Of a DNA stretch of 57,960 nt, positions 24,619 to 34,761 are shown piece by piece (position 1 is the stretch's first letter; every line of letters starts with the position of its first letter). This DNA comes from a virus (Duplodnaviria; Caudoviricetes): IMG/VR virus record IMGVR_UViG_3300037156_000027, positions 1-57,960 of that record; one strand, given 5' to 3'. The notes below the pieces were generated by a model that saw nothing but the letters and a program-made list of their open reading frames with translations, was not told the DNA's origin and searched no databases. The translations under genes and the position numbers were made by a program.

Positions 24619-25556
24619 TGGGTTAGCTCCTTATATTTCTCAAACATCGGATTGGTCAAAACCCTATGAGTTAAGACGACCTCGGCATTCGCGGTTAACT
24701 GGCGCTGCCAAGCTTTAAATCGTGGCGACCATTTGAAACCGTTAGACTTCAAGAATGACCGTTCGGCTTCCTCTGGCTTGCCGTCGAAAAGCAATTGTAA
24801 GCGATCCTCTTGCAGATTGCGGACAATCTCCAGTCCATTAAGTTTTTGCTCGGTCGTTGCGGCTTTCTCGAATGTTGAAAGCCTTTCTTCCAGTGCTTTG
24901 ATCTTGTTGTTAACGGATGTTAGGTGGAAGCCCTCATAACCAAAACCTCCCCAGCAATTAGGAATGATGCAACGCTTATTGTATTCCGTAATTGCTTGAA
25001 CCTCTTCAGGATAAAAGGCGGCGTAAAGAGCCTTTAACGCCTCTTGATCCTGTTTTCTTAAGAGTGCATTAACCTGCTTTGCAAAAACTTGGTATTCTTT
25101 CATTTTCTTAAGCTGGGTTTCAGCAACACCTAAAACGCTTTCTTTCGGCATAACGTAGCTTAAAGACTTCTCGGCATAGCGGAACATTGCCTTTTCAAGC
25201 CCGATAAGTTCGCCCATGCGGTTATGCTCTGAGTTGTTGGCCTTTTCTGCACGACGAACAGGAAAGTTTGCAGGCCCAGTTATCATTGACGATATGCAGC
25301 GCGATTTAGCACTCAGCCAATTCAGCGTCTTGGCTTTGTATTTCTCGCGCAGGCGGTCAAAAACTTCCTGGGCGATTGCCTTCTGCCTTTCGTCCTTCGC
25401 GTTTTCGGTAATGTGATCGGCAAGTGCCGTTAGAACCTTGACATAATCGGCAATGATTCCCTCGGCGCGTTTCTCTGGACTAAATGAAACATTGTTATAA
25501 GCCCAAATTGCCTGTTGACGGGGAATGTCGGTTTCGATGTTTTGAAGGTTAATCAT
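24615..25556 (-). CDS. Early protein of the type seen in mobile-element polyvalent proteins
   Basis: SSMITGPANFP and C-terminal RLQLLFDGKP...LKSNGFKWSP..KAWQR motifs. Confidence 0.6.
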   Translation of the reverse strand: MINLQNIETDIPRQQAIWAYNNVSFSPEKRAEGIIADYVKVLTALADHITENAKDERQKAIAQEVFDRLREKYKAKTLNWLSAKSRCISSMITGPANFPVRRAEKANNSEHNRMGELIGLEKAMFRYAEKSLSYVMPKESVLGVAETQLKKMKEYQVFAKQVNALLRKQDQEALKALYAAFYPEEVQAITEYNKRCIIPNCWGGFGYEGFHLTSVNNKIKALEERLSTFEKAATTEQKLNGLEIVRNLQEDRLQLLFDGKPEEAERSFLKSNGFKWSPRFKAWQRQLTANAEVVLTHRVLTNPMFEKYKELTQ

Positions 25557-25594
25557 GGTGCGTTCCTTCTCGAATGGTTGATTGCAGGGTTTCA

Positions 25595-25789
25595 TTATTG
25601 CACCTCCACCGGCTCGAACCCGCGTCCGCGAGAAACAATCCCGCCGTCGATAACCATAAGGCCGAGGTTTGCCATATCCGCCAGATAGCCCTGTACGTTT
25701 GCAGGGAAGGCATCAAGAGCAACCGGTATTGTTAGCGCGTCATAAAGCGATTTATAGACGTTTGGGTAGATGGTGAGTTGTTGTGTCAT
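25595..25789 (-). CDS. Hypothetical protein
   Basis: GGAGG RBS. Confidence 0.6.
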   Translation of the reverse strand: MTQQLTIYPNVYKSLYDALTIPVALDAFPANVQGYLADMANLGLMVIDGGIVSRGRGFEPVEVQ

Positions 25790-25908
25790 CTTATTCCTCC
25801 CCTACTGGCAATTCAGCGACAAAGATTGCAAGAGCGGCGGCGATGATTATTAGGATTGTCATGTTGTAACCTCCATGTGAGTCAGCCGAAGTCGGCTTGT
25901 TGATTGAG

Positions 25909-25937
25909 ATAGTAGTCCAATGGCCTATGCAAGTCAA
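25909..25937 (-). promoter_or_regulatory. Leftward early promoter
   Basis: TTGACT-17-TACTAT. Confidence 0.65.
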
Positions 25938-25974
25938 TTGCTATATTTGGTGTGTTTTTGATATATTATTGCTC

Positions 25975-26250
25975 TTGTGACGTTTTGGCTCGTTAACTTG
26001 TCACAATTAACCATCTAAGTTATTGATTTTCCACGTGTGACAATGTGACGGTGACAATGCCCATAGAGGCATATATAAAGATATAAATAATAGTAGTTAT
26101 ATTAGTACTTAAATATACAAAATCATATGGGTATATATATATAATTTTGTCACTTTTTTATATATATAAGAGAAACCCCAATATTCATTGAATTAAAAGC
26201 GTGACAATTTTTGTGACAATCGCGTGACAGGAGCGTCACAACGTCACTAA
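25975..26250. repeat. AT-rich non-coding region with about 11 GTGAC/GTCAC repeats (putative origin or packaging site)
   Basis: Two repeat clusters flanking a very AT-rich core; between divergent early and late units. Confidence 0.65.
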
Positions 26251-26372
26251 CCGCAGCAATATCGATCATCGGGGTTGATCGTGGCGTTAGGGTGTTATGT
26301 TATAACAGGCTTGAAAGTAATCGAATGTAATGTTATATTGTTTCAGTAGCAAATAGTTAAGGATTAGTCCTT

Positions 26373-26777
26373 ATGGTCTTCCAACCAGGGCAAGCAGCAA
26401 ACCCTTCCGGTCACAATGGGCGCAAGGTGTTTATAGATGCCTTGCAAACGGTCATTTCCCGCCCGTGGGACGCTTCCAGAGAGATCGACCTATCCGACCT
26501 ACCAGCCAAGCCGACAATCGCCCACGCAATGGCCTATAAGCTCGTGAGGGGTGCGTTGCGCGATGACTGGAAGCCGGGCGAGTCGCTGGCGTATTTGCAG
26601 GAGATTTGCGATAGGGCGTATGGCAAGGCTGCGCAGACCGTGGCAGTGACCCAAACCAACATCAACCTGAACTATTTCAAGCTATCGGCGGAGACTGATT
26701 CGGCGATGGATAGCATCGACAACATACTAGAGCATGATCCGGTCAAAGGCGTTGCTGCCATTGAGCGGATTGAATGA
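26373..26777 (+). CDS. terS: Terminase small subunit (probable)
   Basis: FQPGQAANPSG N-terminus, DRAYGKAAQ; directly upstream of terL. Confidence 0.7.
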   Translation: MVFQPGQAANPSGHNGRKVFIDALQTVISRPWDASREIDLSDLPAKPTIAHAMAYKLVRGALRDDWKPGESLAYLQEICDRAYGKAAQTVAVTQTNINLNYFKLSAETDSAMDSIDNILEHDPVKGVAAIERIE

Positions 26778-26933
26778 AACCCTGTATAAAATGGGGTAGT
26801 AATCTGGGGTATGTCCAAATGCGTAAGCGAGCTTCGTTAACAATATCAACCACTTATCCAATGAGTTCGATACCTTCCATAGGGATCGAACTCATTCCAC
26901 GCCCCGTTCGCCGCGCTCTCTCGTCGTGTAGCA

Positions 26934-28484
26934 ATGGCGGTTAAGCTCTACGCGAACAGGCTGACGTATCACAATTCGGCGGCTGCAACTGACTTGCTGC
27001 GAGAGCTGGACAAACTCCCGCCGGAGCAACAGAGGGACGCCTTCCGCAAGCGTTGCCGTGGCGATCTGTTCTTCCTGCTGGTGTACGGGCTTGGTCGGCG
27101 TTTCGCTGACACGGATTGGTTCTTTGCGCGATGCCGGGAGGTGCAGGCGTCACCTGAAAACCACATTGACCTTTGGGCGCGTGAACACGGCAAATCCTTA
27201 GTAATCACCGTTGCCAAGACAATTCAAGACATTCTAATCGATCCTGAAATCACGGTCGGCATATTTTCCCACACTCGCGCTATGGCAAAGTCTTTCCTGC
27301 GCGTCATCAAGCGCGAGTTTGAAACCAACGTGCTGCTCAAGGGCGCGTTTGATGACATTCTGTGGGATAACCCGCAGCGCGATGCCGCAAAGTGGTCAGA
27401 GGATGACGGCTTGATCGTCAAGCGCAAGGGCAACCCGCCCGAATCAACCGTCGAGGCTTGCGGCTTGGTCGAGGGTATGCCAACGGGTCGACACTATGGC
27501 TTGCGCGTCTATGACGATATTCTAACGGCTGAATCTGCTTCGTCGCCAGATCAAATGCAGAAGGTTCTTGACGCGCTGGACATGTCGCAAAACCTCGGCA
27601 AGATTGGCGGCGTTGCTCGCATGATAGGCACGAGGTACAAGCAGGGCGACCCGTACGAGGTTTACATCAAGCGTGGGCAGTTCAAGGCGCGGATTAAGCC
27701 TGCCACGGATACGGGGCGCGTTGACGGTAAGCCCGTTTACTTCACGCAAGAGGTTTGGGATTCCAAGGTTGCGGGAATGTCTGCCGCGATCATCGCGTCC
27801 CAGATGCTTCAAAATCCTATGGCTGCGGACTCGGTTATCTTCCAGCCGGATTGGTTTAACTTCTGGCCTAGCGATAAGCCGCTGCCTTCCTTTGAAGCTA
27901 TCTATCAGTGTTTCGACGGCGCAACATCGGCAAAGCAAACGGCGGACTATTCCTGTTTGCTGACGTTCGGCATTTTCAAGGTTGAGACTAAATTCTCTTG
28001 CATGATCGTTGATTGCTTCATGGAGCAGTGGGCTTATCCCGATGTGCGCGATGAGATACTGCGCCAGATGGGGAACAAGTTCGGCGCGACAGATCGATCC
28101 GTTGACGGCATTATCATCGAGGACAAGTCCAGCGGGTCTGTGATGATACCGGAACTGCGCCGTGCGGGGATTAATGTCATTCCGTTTAATCCCGGCAAGC
28201 TGGACAAGATCGCTCGTGCTAATCTGGTGTCGCCTCTGGTGCGTGATGGGCGCGTATGGTTGCCGGAGTCTCGTGCGCCTAACCGTAAGGGGATGCCTAT
28301 GAGTTGGTTGTCTATGCTGTGGGAGCAAATACAGTATTTTCCTCAAACCAAACATGACGATGGGATTGATTGCTTAACAAGTTTCCTTGCGGTAATGAAC
28401 AAAACCGGATTCTTGGTAAATAAAGGACTTCCCGTGAAAGAATCCTACTGGCGGCGTCAAATGAAGGGTAGCCCTTACGGATAA
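26934..28484 (+). CDS. terL: Terminase large subunit
   Basis: WAREHGKS Walker A, LRVYDD Walker B, IGTRY motif III, ADYS, IEDKSSG, HDDGID nuclease motifs. Confidence 0.95.
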   Translation: MAVKLYANRLTYHNSAAATDLLRELDKLPPEQQRDAFRKRCRGDLFFLLVYGLGRRFADTDWFFARCREVQASPENHIDLWAREHGKSLVITVAKTIQDILIDPEITVGIFSHTRAMAKSFLRVIKREFETNVLLKGAFDDILWDNPQRDAAKWSEDDGLIVKRKGNPPESTVEACGLVEGMPTGRHYGLRVYDDILTAESASSPDQMQKVLDALDMSQNLGKIGGVARMIGTRYKQGDPYEVYIKRGQFKARIKPATDTGRVDGKPVYFTQEVWDSKVAGMSAAIIASQMLQNPMAADSVIFQPDWFNFWPSDKPLPSFEAIYQCFDGATSAKQTADYSCLLTFGIFKVETKFSCMIVDCFMEQWAYPDVRDEILRQMGNKFGATDRSVDGIIIEDKSSGSVMIPELRRAGINVIPFNPGKLDKIARANLVSPLVRDGRVWLPESRAPNRKGMPMSWLSMLWEQIQYFPQTKHDDGIDCLTSFLAVMNKTGFLVNKGLPVKESYWRRQMKGSPYG

Positions 28485-28668
28485 AGCGTGATATTGAATC
28501 CGCTCAACCATTGCCGAAAGGGCATAGCATGTCTTATCTTGACCCATACGAATATCCACGGAATGAATACGAACCCAAGACAAAGCTCGGTCGGTTCTTT
28601 TGGTGGCTGTGTAAGGTTGCGTTGTTTCTTCTTGCCGGTGCTGCGGCGATTGGCGCGGTGAATCGGTT

Positions 28669-29091
28669 ATGAATGAGGATGAATTCAGATTTAAAGACAG
28701 TCGTATTTCTAAATATGGCAATCAATTCTATATCACACGCCAGTATAATCCCATGATTGAGCATAAGCCGCTAAAGCCATCATTGTTTGATCGTATCAGT
28801 GGATTATTTAATCCCAGATACAGAAGGCTTTCGCAAATGTCATATGCGCAGATAAATGCTGCGATAAAAGAAACGCAAGATGTTATGGCGGCGAATGTTT
28901 TGAATACGACGTCGCTGTTAAGCGGCCCCGATCTTCATAACGGGATCAATCCAGTATTCGATACTGCTGGTGAGAAACAATACACAGACATTCTACGTGA
29001 ATCTTGGAATGCCCCCGGTGGTGGTCGGGAACATGTGGAAAAGTGCGCTGCTGATAACTTCCAAAAATTTATCCTTGACAACAATCCCTAG
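28669..29091 (+). CDS. Hypothetical protein
   Basis: 140-aa ORF between terL and portal. Confidence 0.6.
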   Translation: MNEDEFRFKDSRISKYGNQFYITRQYNPMIEHKPLKPSLFDRISGLFNPRYRRLSQMSYAQINAAIKETQDVMAANVLNTTSLLSGPDLHNGINPVFDTAGEKQYTDILRESWNAPGGGREHVEKCAADNFQKFILDNNP

Positions 29092-29102
29092 CGGTATATC
29101 CT
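29075..29102 (+). promoter_or_regulatory. Possible promoter for portal operon
   Basis: TTGACA-16-TATCCT. Confidence 0.45.
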
Positions 29103-29192
29103 GCCAATCAATGCCAGTCCTTGGCATGTTGCCCGTCTGTGGCGACTGATGGGAACGGCGAGTACGTTTGCGATTAACGGCTTGCGGTTAAA

Positions 29193-31712
29193 ATGTCTGA
29201 CGATACCCAAACAATCGAAGTAGATCATGACGCATTATCTGGCACACCGCCGGATGTTGTGGATAATGGAGATGGTTCTTCGACCGTGACTTTAGATGCT
29301 GACGCCGCACCTGCACAAGGTAGCGGCGATTTTTATGACAATCTGGCTGAAAGTCTTCCCGACAATGAGTTGCAGGACTTAGCGCTGCGATACTTGCGGC
29401 TTATCGAACAAGACGTGGAATCCCGCAAGGATCGGGACAAGCAATACGCCGAGGGTCTGAAGAAGACGGGCATTGCCGAACCTGCGCCGGGCGGGGCGAA
29501 TTTCGAGGGCGCGTCGCGGGTAACGCATCCGGCCTTAACCGAGGCGTACATAGACTTTTCCGCATCGTCGATTAAGGAACTGTTCCCGCCGAATGGCCCC
29601 GTAAAAACCAAGATTGACGGCAAGGCCAATCCCGACAAGGTGAGTCGCGCCACTCGCAAGGCTGCCTTCATGAACTGGCAATTGACGAGCCAGATGCCGG
29701 AGTATCGCTGCGAGTTGGAGCGGCTTTTGACACAGCTTCCGGCTGGTGGAACTCAGTTTATGAAGTTCTACTGGTCGGAAGATGCCGATAGGATTGAAAC
29801 CGAGTTTGTGCCGATTGATAATTTCATCCTGCCATACAATGCGCGTAACTTTTACAATTGCCAACGCAAGTTTCATCGGATGGAAGTCAGCCCGATGTTG
29901 GTTAATCGGAAGATAGATTCCGCTGTCTGGCGTGATTGGGATATGCCGGATGCGTCGGGAGCTAGTTTCACGGAAACCGAGACGGCAAAGCATAACGCGA
30001 AGATCGAGGGTAAAAGCGAGGCTGGATTTCTAGAAGATCAAGATAGGACGATTTACGAGGGGTGCATATTCGAGAAACTTGAGGGCGATGATAAACCTGT
30101 CCCGTATCTGATAACGATTGATGAGGAAACGCAGAACGTATTGTCTCTTTATCGGAATTGGGATGAGGGAGACGACAAATGCAAGGAATTGGAATGGATA
30201 GTTGACTATACGTTCATTCCGTGGCGTGGGGCTTATGGCTTAGGGTTAGCGCAGATCATTGGTGGGTTGTCCGATGCTGCTACCGGCTCGTTAAGGGCGT
30301 TGCTGGATTCCGCGCTTATCTCAAATTCAGCGACAGCCTTGAAGCTCAAGGGTGGGCCGAGTGGCAGCAACAACTCGATTGAGATAACGCAGGCGACCGA
30401 GATCGATGCGATGGGCGCGGATGACATTCGCAAGATAGCGATGCCGTTGCCGTTTCCAGGGCCATCTCCTGTTTTGTATCAGTTGCTTGAGTTTCTGACG
30501 GCGGCGGCCAAAGGCGTTGTCGGGACTGCGGAAGAGAAGATTGCCGATGCATCGAACAACATGCCTGTTGGCACTGCGCTGGCGTTGATCGAGCAGGGGT
30601 CTAAGACATTCAGCGCGATACATGCGCGGCAGCACGATAGTCAGCGGCGTGGGCTGGAGATTATCCACCGGCTGAATAAGAAGCACCTTCCCGCCAAGGT
30701 GCAGTTTGGCTCTGATCCTGACGATTATGTTACGCCGCAGGATTTTGAAGGGCCGATGGACGTTCATCCGGTCAGTGATCCGAATATATTCAGCGAGACG
30801 CAGCGGTTCGCGCAGACGCAGGCGATTATCCAGCTTGTGACGCAGCTTGGAACATTGGGGCCGAATCTGGCGCCGATACTACAGGCGACGGGAATTCAGC
30901 TTCACCCTTTGATTAAGCACAGTCTTGAGCAGATGAAATATCCGTACATCGCGGATGTTCTGCCAGATCAACCGGCGGCGAATCCCATTGATCCATGCAG
31001 CGAGAATGTCGCGCTGGCGATGGGCAAGCCAGTGAAGGCCTATGAGGGGCAGGATCATCAGGCGCACATTCAGGTTCATGCTGACTTCTCGCAATCGCAG
31101 TTCTTCGGACTATCTCCTGCGATGTCGCCGCAGTTTATGACGAACATGCTGAACCATGTTCAGGATCATCTGTTCAACTATTATCAGGAATTGATGAAGC
31201 AGGATTCTGGCGTGGCGATGATGGACAATTCCCCAGATACGGCTGAGAAGTTGGCGAAGTCATCCGCGACGGTTGAGAAAGCGATGGGGATAGCGTTCGA
31301 CAAGATTCCTCCGCTTATGCAACAGGCGTTGCAGCACATCCAAGCCAATCAACCGAAGCCCCCGCAAGACCCAATGGCAGCGGTTGCCATGCAGAACGTC
31401 CAGGGACAGCAGAAGATTGCGCAGGGCAAGCTAACTCTGGCGACGCAGCAGCACATAGACGACATGAAGATGAGGGCGCAGGAGTTGGCGGCAGAGGCGA
31501 AGAAGGCCGAGCAGGATTATCAGCTTGAGCTGCAGAAGGCCGGTCTTGACGCTCATACGGAAATTCAGAAAACCGACATGACGCAACGCGCGGGGCTTGA
31601 GAAGTCGGCGGCTGATATCCGTGCGGAGAAGGAAATCACGGCTATGAAAATCTCCGGTGAGCATGCGGCGCATGTCATTGGGGCACTTGTGGATCGAAAG
31701 GAAGGCGACTGA
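29193..31712 (+). CDS. Portal protein
   Basis: 839 aa after terL; FEGASRVTHP, ELFPPNGPVKT, LRALLD, PVGTALALIEQG, PVSDPNIFS; Gln-rich coiled-coil tail. Confidence 0.88.
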   Translation: MSDDTQTIEVDHDALSGTPPDVVDNGDGSSTVTLDADAAPAQGSGDFYDNLAESLPDNELQDLALRYLRLIEQDVESRKDRDKQYAEGLKKTGIAEPAPGGANFEGASRVTHPALTEAYIDFSASSIKELFPPNGPVKTKIDGKANPDKVSRATRKAAFMNWQLTSQMPEYRCELERLLTQLPAGGTQFMKFYWSEDADRIETEFVPIDNFILPYNARNFYNCQRKFHRMEVSPMLVNRKIDSAVWRDWDMPDASGASFTETETAKHNAKIEGKSEAGFLEDQDRTIYEGCIFEKLEGDDKPVPYLITIDEETQNVLSLYRNWDEGDDKCKELEWIVDYTFIPWRGAYGLGLAQIIGGLSDAATGSLRALLDSALISNSATALKLKGGPSGSNNSIEITQATEIDAMGADDIRKIAMPLPFPGPSPVLYQLLEFLTAAAKGVVGTAEEKIADASNNMPVGTALALIEQGSKTFSAIHARQHDSQRRGLEIIHRLNKKHLPAKVQFGSDPDDYVTPQDFEGPMDVHPVSDPNIFSETQRFAQTQAIIQLVTQLGTLGPNLAPILQATGIQLHPLIKHSLEQMKYPYIADVLPDQPAANPIDPCSENVALAMGKPVKAYEGQDHQAHIQVHADFSQSQFFGLSPAMSPQFMTNMLNHVQDHLFNYYQELMKQDSGVAMMDNSPDTAEKLAKSSATVEKAMGIAFDKIPPLMQQALQHIQANQPKPPQDPMAAVAMQNVQGQQKIAQGKLTLATQQHIDDMKMRAQELAAEAKKAEQDYQLELQKAGLDAHTEIQKTDMTQRAGLEKSAADIRAEKEITAMKISGEHAAHVIGALVDRKEGD

Positions 31713-31960
31713 TGGCAGGGCAGCCCGATGTTGCGGTGATGAAAGACGCGTTGCCAGAGAAGTTATCTGAAGCAGAAATCATCCAACTTAACACCAAGGC
31801 AGAACAGGAGATTAAGATGTCAAAGAAGAAAAGTGAAGGTGAACAAGGCGGCAAGGAAACCAACATGCACAAGCGTATTGCCATGGGTGAGAAAGTCACC
31901 GGCATGAAGGAGGGCGGCAAGGCTTGCGCTATGAAAAAGGGCGGCAAGGTTAAGAAATGA
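31712..31960 (+). CDS. Small basic protein with MKxGG repeats (true start may be 31817)
   Basis: GMKEGGK, AMKKGGKVKK. Confidence 0.6.
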   Translation: MAGQPDVAVMKDALPEKLSEAEIIQLNTKAEQEIKMSKKKSEGEQGGKETNMHKRIAMGEKVTGMKEGGKACAMKKGGKVKK

Positions 31961-32139
31961 GAATTGAGACTGTGGTCAAGTTGCTGAAAGAGCGACAGGC
32001 TGCGATGAGGGAGTCCGTTTTTAACAAGGATGGATTCGATGAGGTAGCGTTCGCCAAGACTCAGGGTCGATATTTGGGTCTTGGCGACGCTCTAACGATT
32101 ATCAGCGATGAAATGAGGAAAGAAGGCAATGAAGATTAA
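31957..32139 (+). CDS. Hypothetical protein
   Basis: Coupled ORF. Confidence 0.7.
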   Translation: MRIETVVKLLKERQAAMRESVFNKDGFDEVAFAKTQGRYLGLGDALTIISDEMRKEGNED

Positions 32140-32590
32140 ATCCAATGTGCCTGCGGCGACGCAGGCCGAACTTGATAAGGCGTTTCCAAATGTCGAGCCC
32201 GGATTTTTCCCTCTTGGGAGTCGGGTTATCGTTCAGCTTCGCAGCCCGAAACTTAGTACGGCTGGCGGCATTAAACTCCCTGATGAAGTTATTGAAACCG
32301 AAATGTGGAATACGCAAATCGGGAAAATTCGTGCTCTTGGCGCGTTGGCGTTCAAGAACAGGGAGCACATGACGGATTGGCCTGAGGGCGCGTGGGCGCA
32401 GGTGGGCGATTATGTCAGGATACCCAAATTCAATCAGGATAAATGGTTTATCGACGTTCCATGCAAGATCAAGGGACTAAACGGGAAAGAATATGACTCG
32501 GAAGAGCGCATTCTTTTCATGTTGATTAACGACCTTGATTTGCTGGCGTTGAAAGTCGGGAATCCACTTGAAGTCAAAGCTTACATTTAG
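32129..32590 (+). CDS. GroES-like co-chaperonin
   Basis: PLGSRVIVQ...TAGGIKLP...GKIRALG...VGDYV...LINDLDLLA. Confidence 0.85.
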   Translation: MKIKSNVPAATQAELDKAFPNVEPGFFPLGSRVIVQLRSPKLSTAGGIKLPDEVIETEMWNTQIGKIRALGALAFKNREHMTDWPEGAWAQVGDYVRIPKFNQDKWFIDVPCKIKGLNGKEYDSEERILFMLINDLDLLALKVGNPLEVKAYI

Positions 32591-32595
32591 GGGAG

Positions 32596-33588
32596 ATGCT
32601 TATGCAAGACGGCGAAGATGACCAGCAGGTTGATGCGATTGGAACTAAGGCAGATGTGGCCGTAAAGAAGGATGAAACAGAAGAGGTTATTCCTGATTAT
32701 GAGGTTGTTGAGGAATCAGATGATAAGGTAACGGCAAAATCAGATGATGACAAAAAGCTATCATCGACAGACGGCGGGGATTCATCTGAAGAGACCCGTT
32801 TAAAAAACCGCGAGAAGCGCCAACTCAAGAAGAAAAAACTTGCTGAGAAGTTCGATGCGAAGGATTCGGTTATCCGTCAGCAGCAAGAACGTCTTGATGC
32901 GCTTCAGTCGCGTCTTAATGAAGTTGATGGTCGTTTATCGACGTTCGATCAGGCGAATTTCACAAATACATGGAATTCTTCTGTCGAGGCGTTTAACGCG
33001 GCAGAAGCTAAGCACGCGGAGGCATTTACTGCGGGAGATGGAGCGGCGGCAACCGCAGCCATGCGAGAGATGTACCAGGCGCAGAAGATGATTGATCGTT
33101 TGGAAGAAATTAAGGCTCGTGCTCCCGCACAACCACAGCGCACTCAGCCTGATGGTAGGGCGATGAACAAGGCCATTGCGTGGGCAGCGAAGAATGAATG
33201 GTTCAAGCCGGGCGGCGGAAGCGAAGATAGCATCATAGCCGATGCTATTGCGACCGCACTTGTCAAAGAGGGTTATGATCCAAAGACGGACGATTATTTT
33301 GACGAACTTGATGAACGGTTGGAAAAGAAAAATATAGGTATGCGTCATATGGAACAAGAAGACGATGACGATGAGGAACCAATGCCAGCCCCAGTTCAAA
33401 AGCGCAAGAGCCCTCCTGTGGGGGGCGGCGCTGGACGCGGGGATCTCGGCAATGGGAAGGTGAAGGTAACATTGCCGACGGAGTTTATTAATGCGCTGAA
33501 GCAGAATGGCTACTGGGATGACCCTGTAATGAAAAATAAGATGGTTGCCGGGTATCTTAGGGGAGTCAAGGAACGGGGGAACGCATGA
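32596..33588 (+). CDS. Scaffold-like protein
   Basis: Acidic N-terminus, coiled coil, WAAKNEWF, GYDP..DDYFDELD.RL. Confidence 0.65.
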   Translation: MLMQDGEDDQQVDAIGTKADVAVKKDETEEVIPDYEVVEESDDKVTAKSDDDKKLSSTDGGDSSEETRLKNREKRQLKKKKLAEKFDAKDSVIRQQQERLDALQSRLNEVDGRLSTFDQANFTNTWNSSVEAFNAAEAKHAEAFTAGDGAAATAAMREMYQAQKMIDRLEEIKARAPAQPQRTQPDGRAMNKAIAWAAKNEWFKPGGGSEDSIIADAIATALVKEGYDPKTDDYFDELDERLEKKNIGMRHMEQEDDDDEEPMPAPVQKRKSPPVGGGAGRGDLGNGKVKVTLPTEFINALKQNGYWDDPVMKNKMVAGYLRGVKERGNA

Positions 33589-33812
33589 GCCACGCCCTAT
33601 CTAACCCCTACGAATTGACGGCTGGTGGGATTACTTGCAAGACATCTCCGTTTGATAATGGGTTCTTCATAGCCAATTCGGATATAGAGAATCTTGCGAA
33701 TTCCAAGCGGTTTCTCGATGCGCTGTTCCTGCTTTATGACGCACAGCAAAGCCGAGAACTTGGTGGGATTAAGGTTTATGGACTGAAACAGAAGGAGAAA
33801 GACAATGGCTAA
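33585..33812 (+). CDS. Hypothetical protein
   Basis: Coupled ORF. Confidence 0.55.
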   Translation: MSHALSNPYELTAGGITCKTSPFDNGFFIANSDIENLANSKRFLDALFLLYDAQQSRELGGIKVYGLKQKEKDNG

Positions 33813-34014
33813 ATTAACTGCAAAAACACGCAATGCTCTTCCAAAGTCTGAATTTGCGCTACCAAAAGAAAGGAAATTTCCCATTCCCGACGCCAGCCAT
33901 GCCGCCAATGCAAAGGCCCGCGCAACACAGGCGGTAAAAGCCGGGCGTATGTCGGTCAGCACAGAAAAGAAAATTGACGCCAAGGCCAACGCCAAGCTTG
34001 GCAAGAAGAAATAG
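33805..34014 (+). CDS. Small basic protein (DUF6582-like)
   Basis: RNALPKSEFALPKERKFPIPDASHAANA. Confidence 0.7.
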   Translation: MAKLTAKTRNALPKSEFALPKERKFPIPDASHAANAKARATQAVKAGRMSVSTEKKIDAKANAKLGKKK

Positions 34015-34017
34015 CAC

Positions 34018-34761
34018 ATGACTGACATGCCGTATCTGATGATAGCGACGCCGTGCAAGGATGGGACGGTCGATCTAAATTATGCTCTATCGTTGACGGC
34101 GACATGTCAGGTTCTGACGCACGCTGGCATTAAATATCAGATGGCGCACGTCTGCACATCGAGCATAGATAATGCGCGGAATATTCTTGCGACGCTGTTT
34201 GTGAAGAGTGAGTGTACGCACCTTCTGTTTGTTGATGATGACATGGCGTGGGCATCTGATTTGCCTTTGAGAATGCTGAATGAGAATGTGGACATTGTCG
34301 GCGTTCCATACAGGAAGAAGAAAGCCGAGCCCGAATTTACTATATCCCACTCGCGAGAAGTCGCTTCGATAGAGGGTCGCCCATGGATGATGCTGGCTGA
34401 CGGCCTTGGCATGGGCATGACGCTAATCGCGCGACGGGTTTTCGATGCTCTGGTCGATGAGGTTCCGTCCTACCATTGCTACAGTTCAGAGCTGAACAGA
34501 CCACAGTCCATGTTCTTCCGGCACCAGCTAGTGTCCGATAAAGATGGGATGATGAAATACGAGTCGGAGGATTTCCACTTTTGCCGATTAGCGAAAGCAA
34601 AGGGCTTCGAGATATTCGGGTATATTGATGAGAATGTGCCGCACATAGGGCGCAAGGCATTCTCTGGGGCATATAGTGATTATATCGGGGCAGGGACTGC
34701 CCACGGATTTTCATCTGAACGTGAGCGTCTATTTGCGAATGTGGCGGGAGTTGAGAGTTGA
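34018..34761 (+). CDS. GT-A fold glycosyltransferase-like protein
   Basis: IATP, ARNIL...THLLFVDDDM, GMGMTLIARRVF, ESEDFHFC, HIG. Confidence 0.8.
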   Translation: MTDMPYLMIATPCKDGTVDLNYALSLTATCQVLTHAGIKYQMAHVCTSSIDNARNILATLFVKSECTHLLFVDDDMAWASDLPLRMLNENVDIVGVPYRKKKAEPEFTISHSREVASIEGRPWMMLADGLGMGMTLIARRVFDALVDEVPSYHCYSSELNRPQSMFFRHQLVSDKDGMMKYESEDFHFCRLAKAKGFEIFGYIDENVPHIGRKAFSGAYSDYIGAGTAHGFSSERERLFANVAGVES

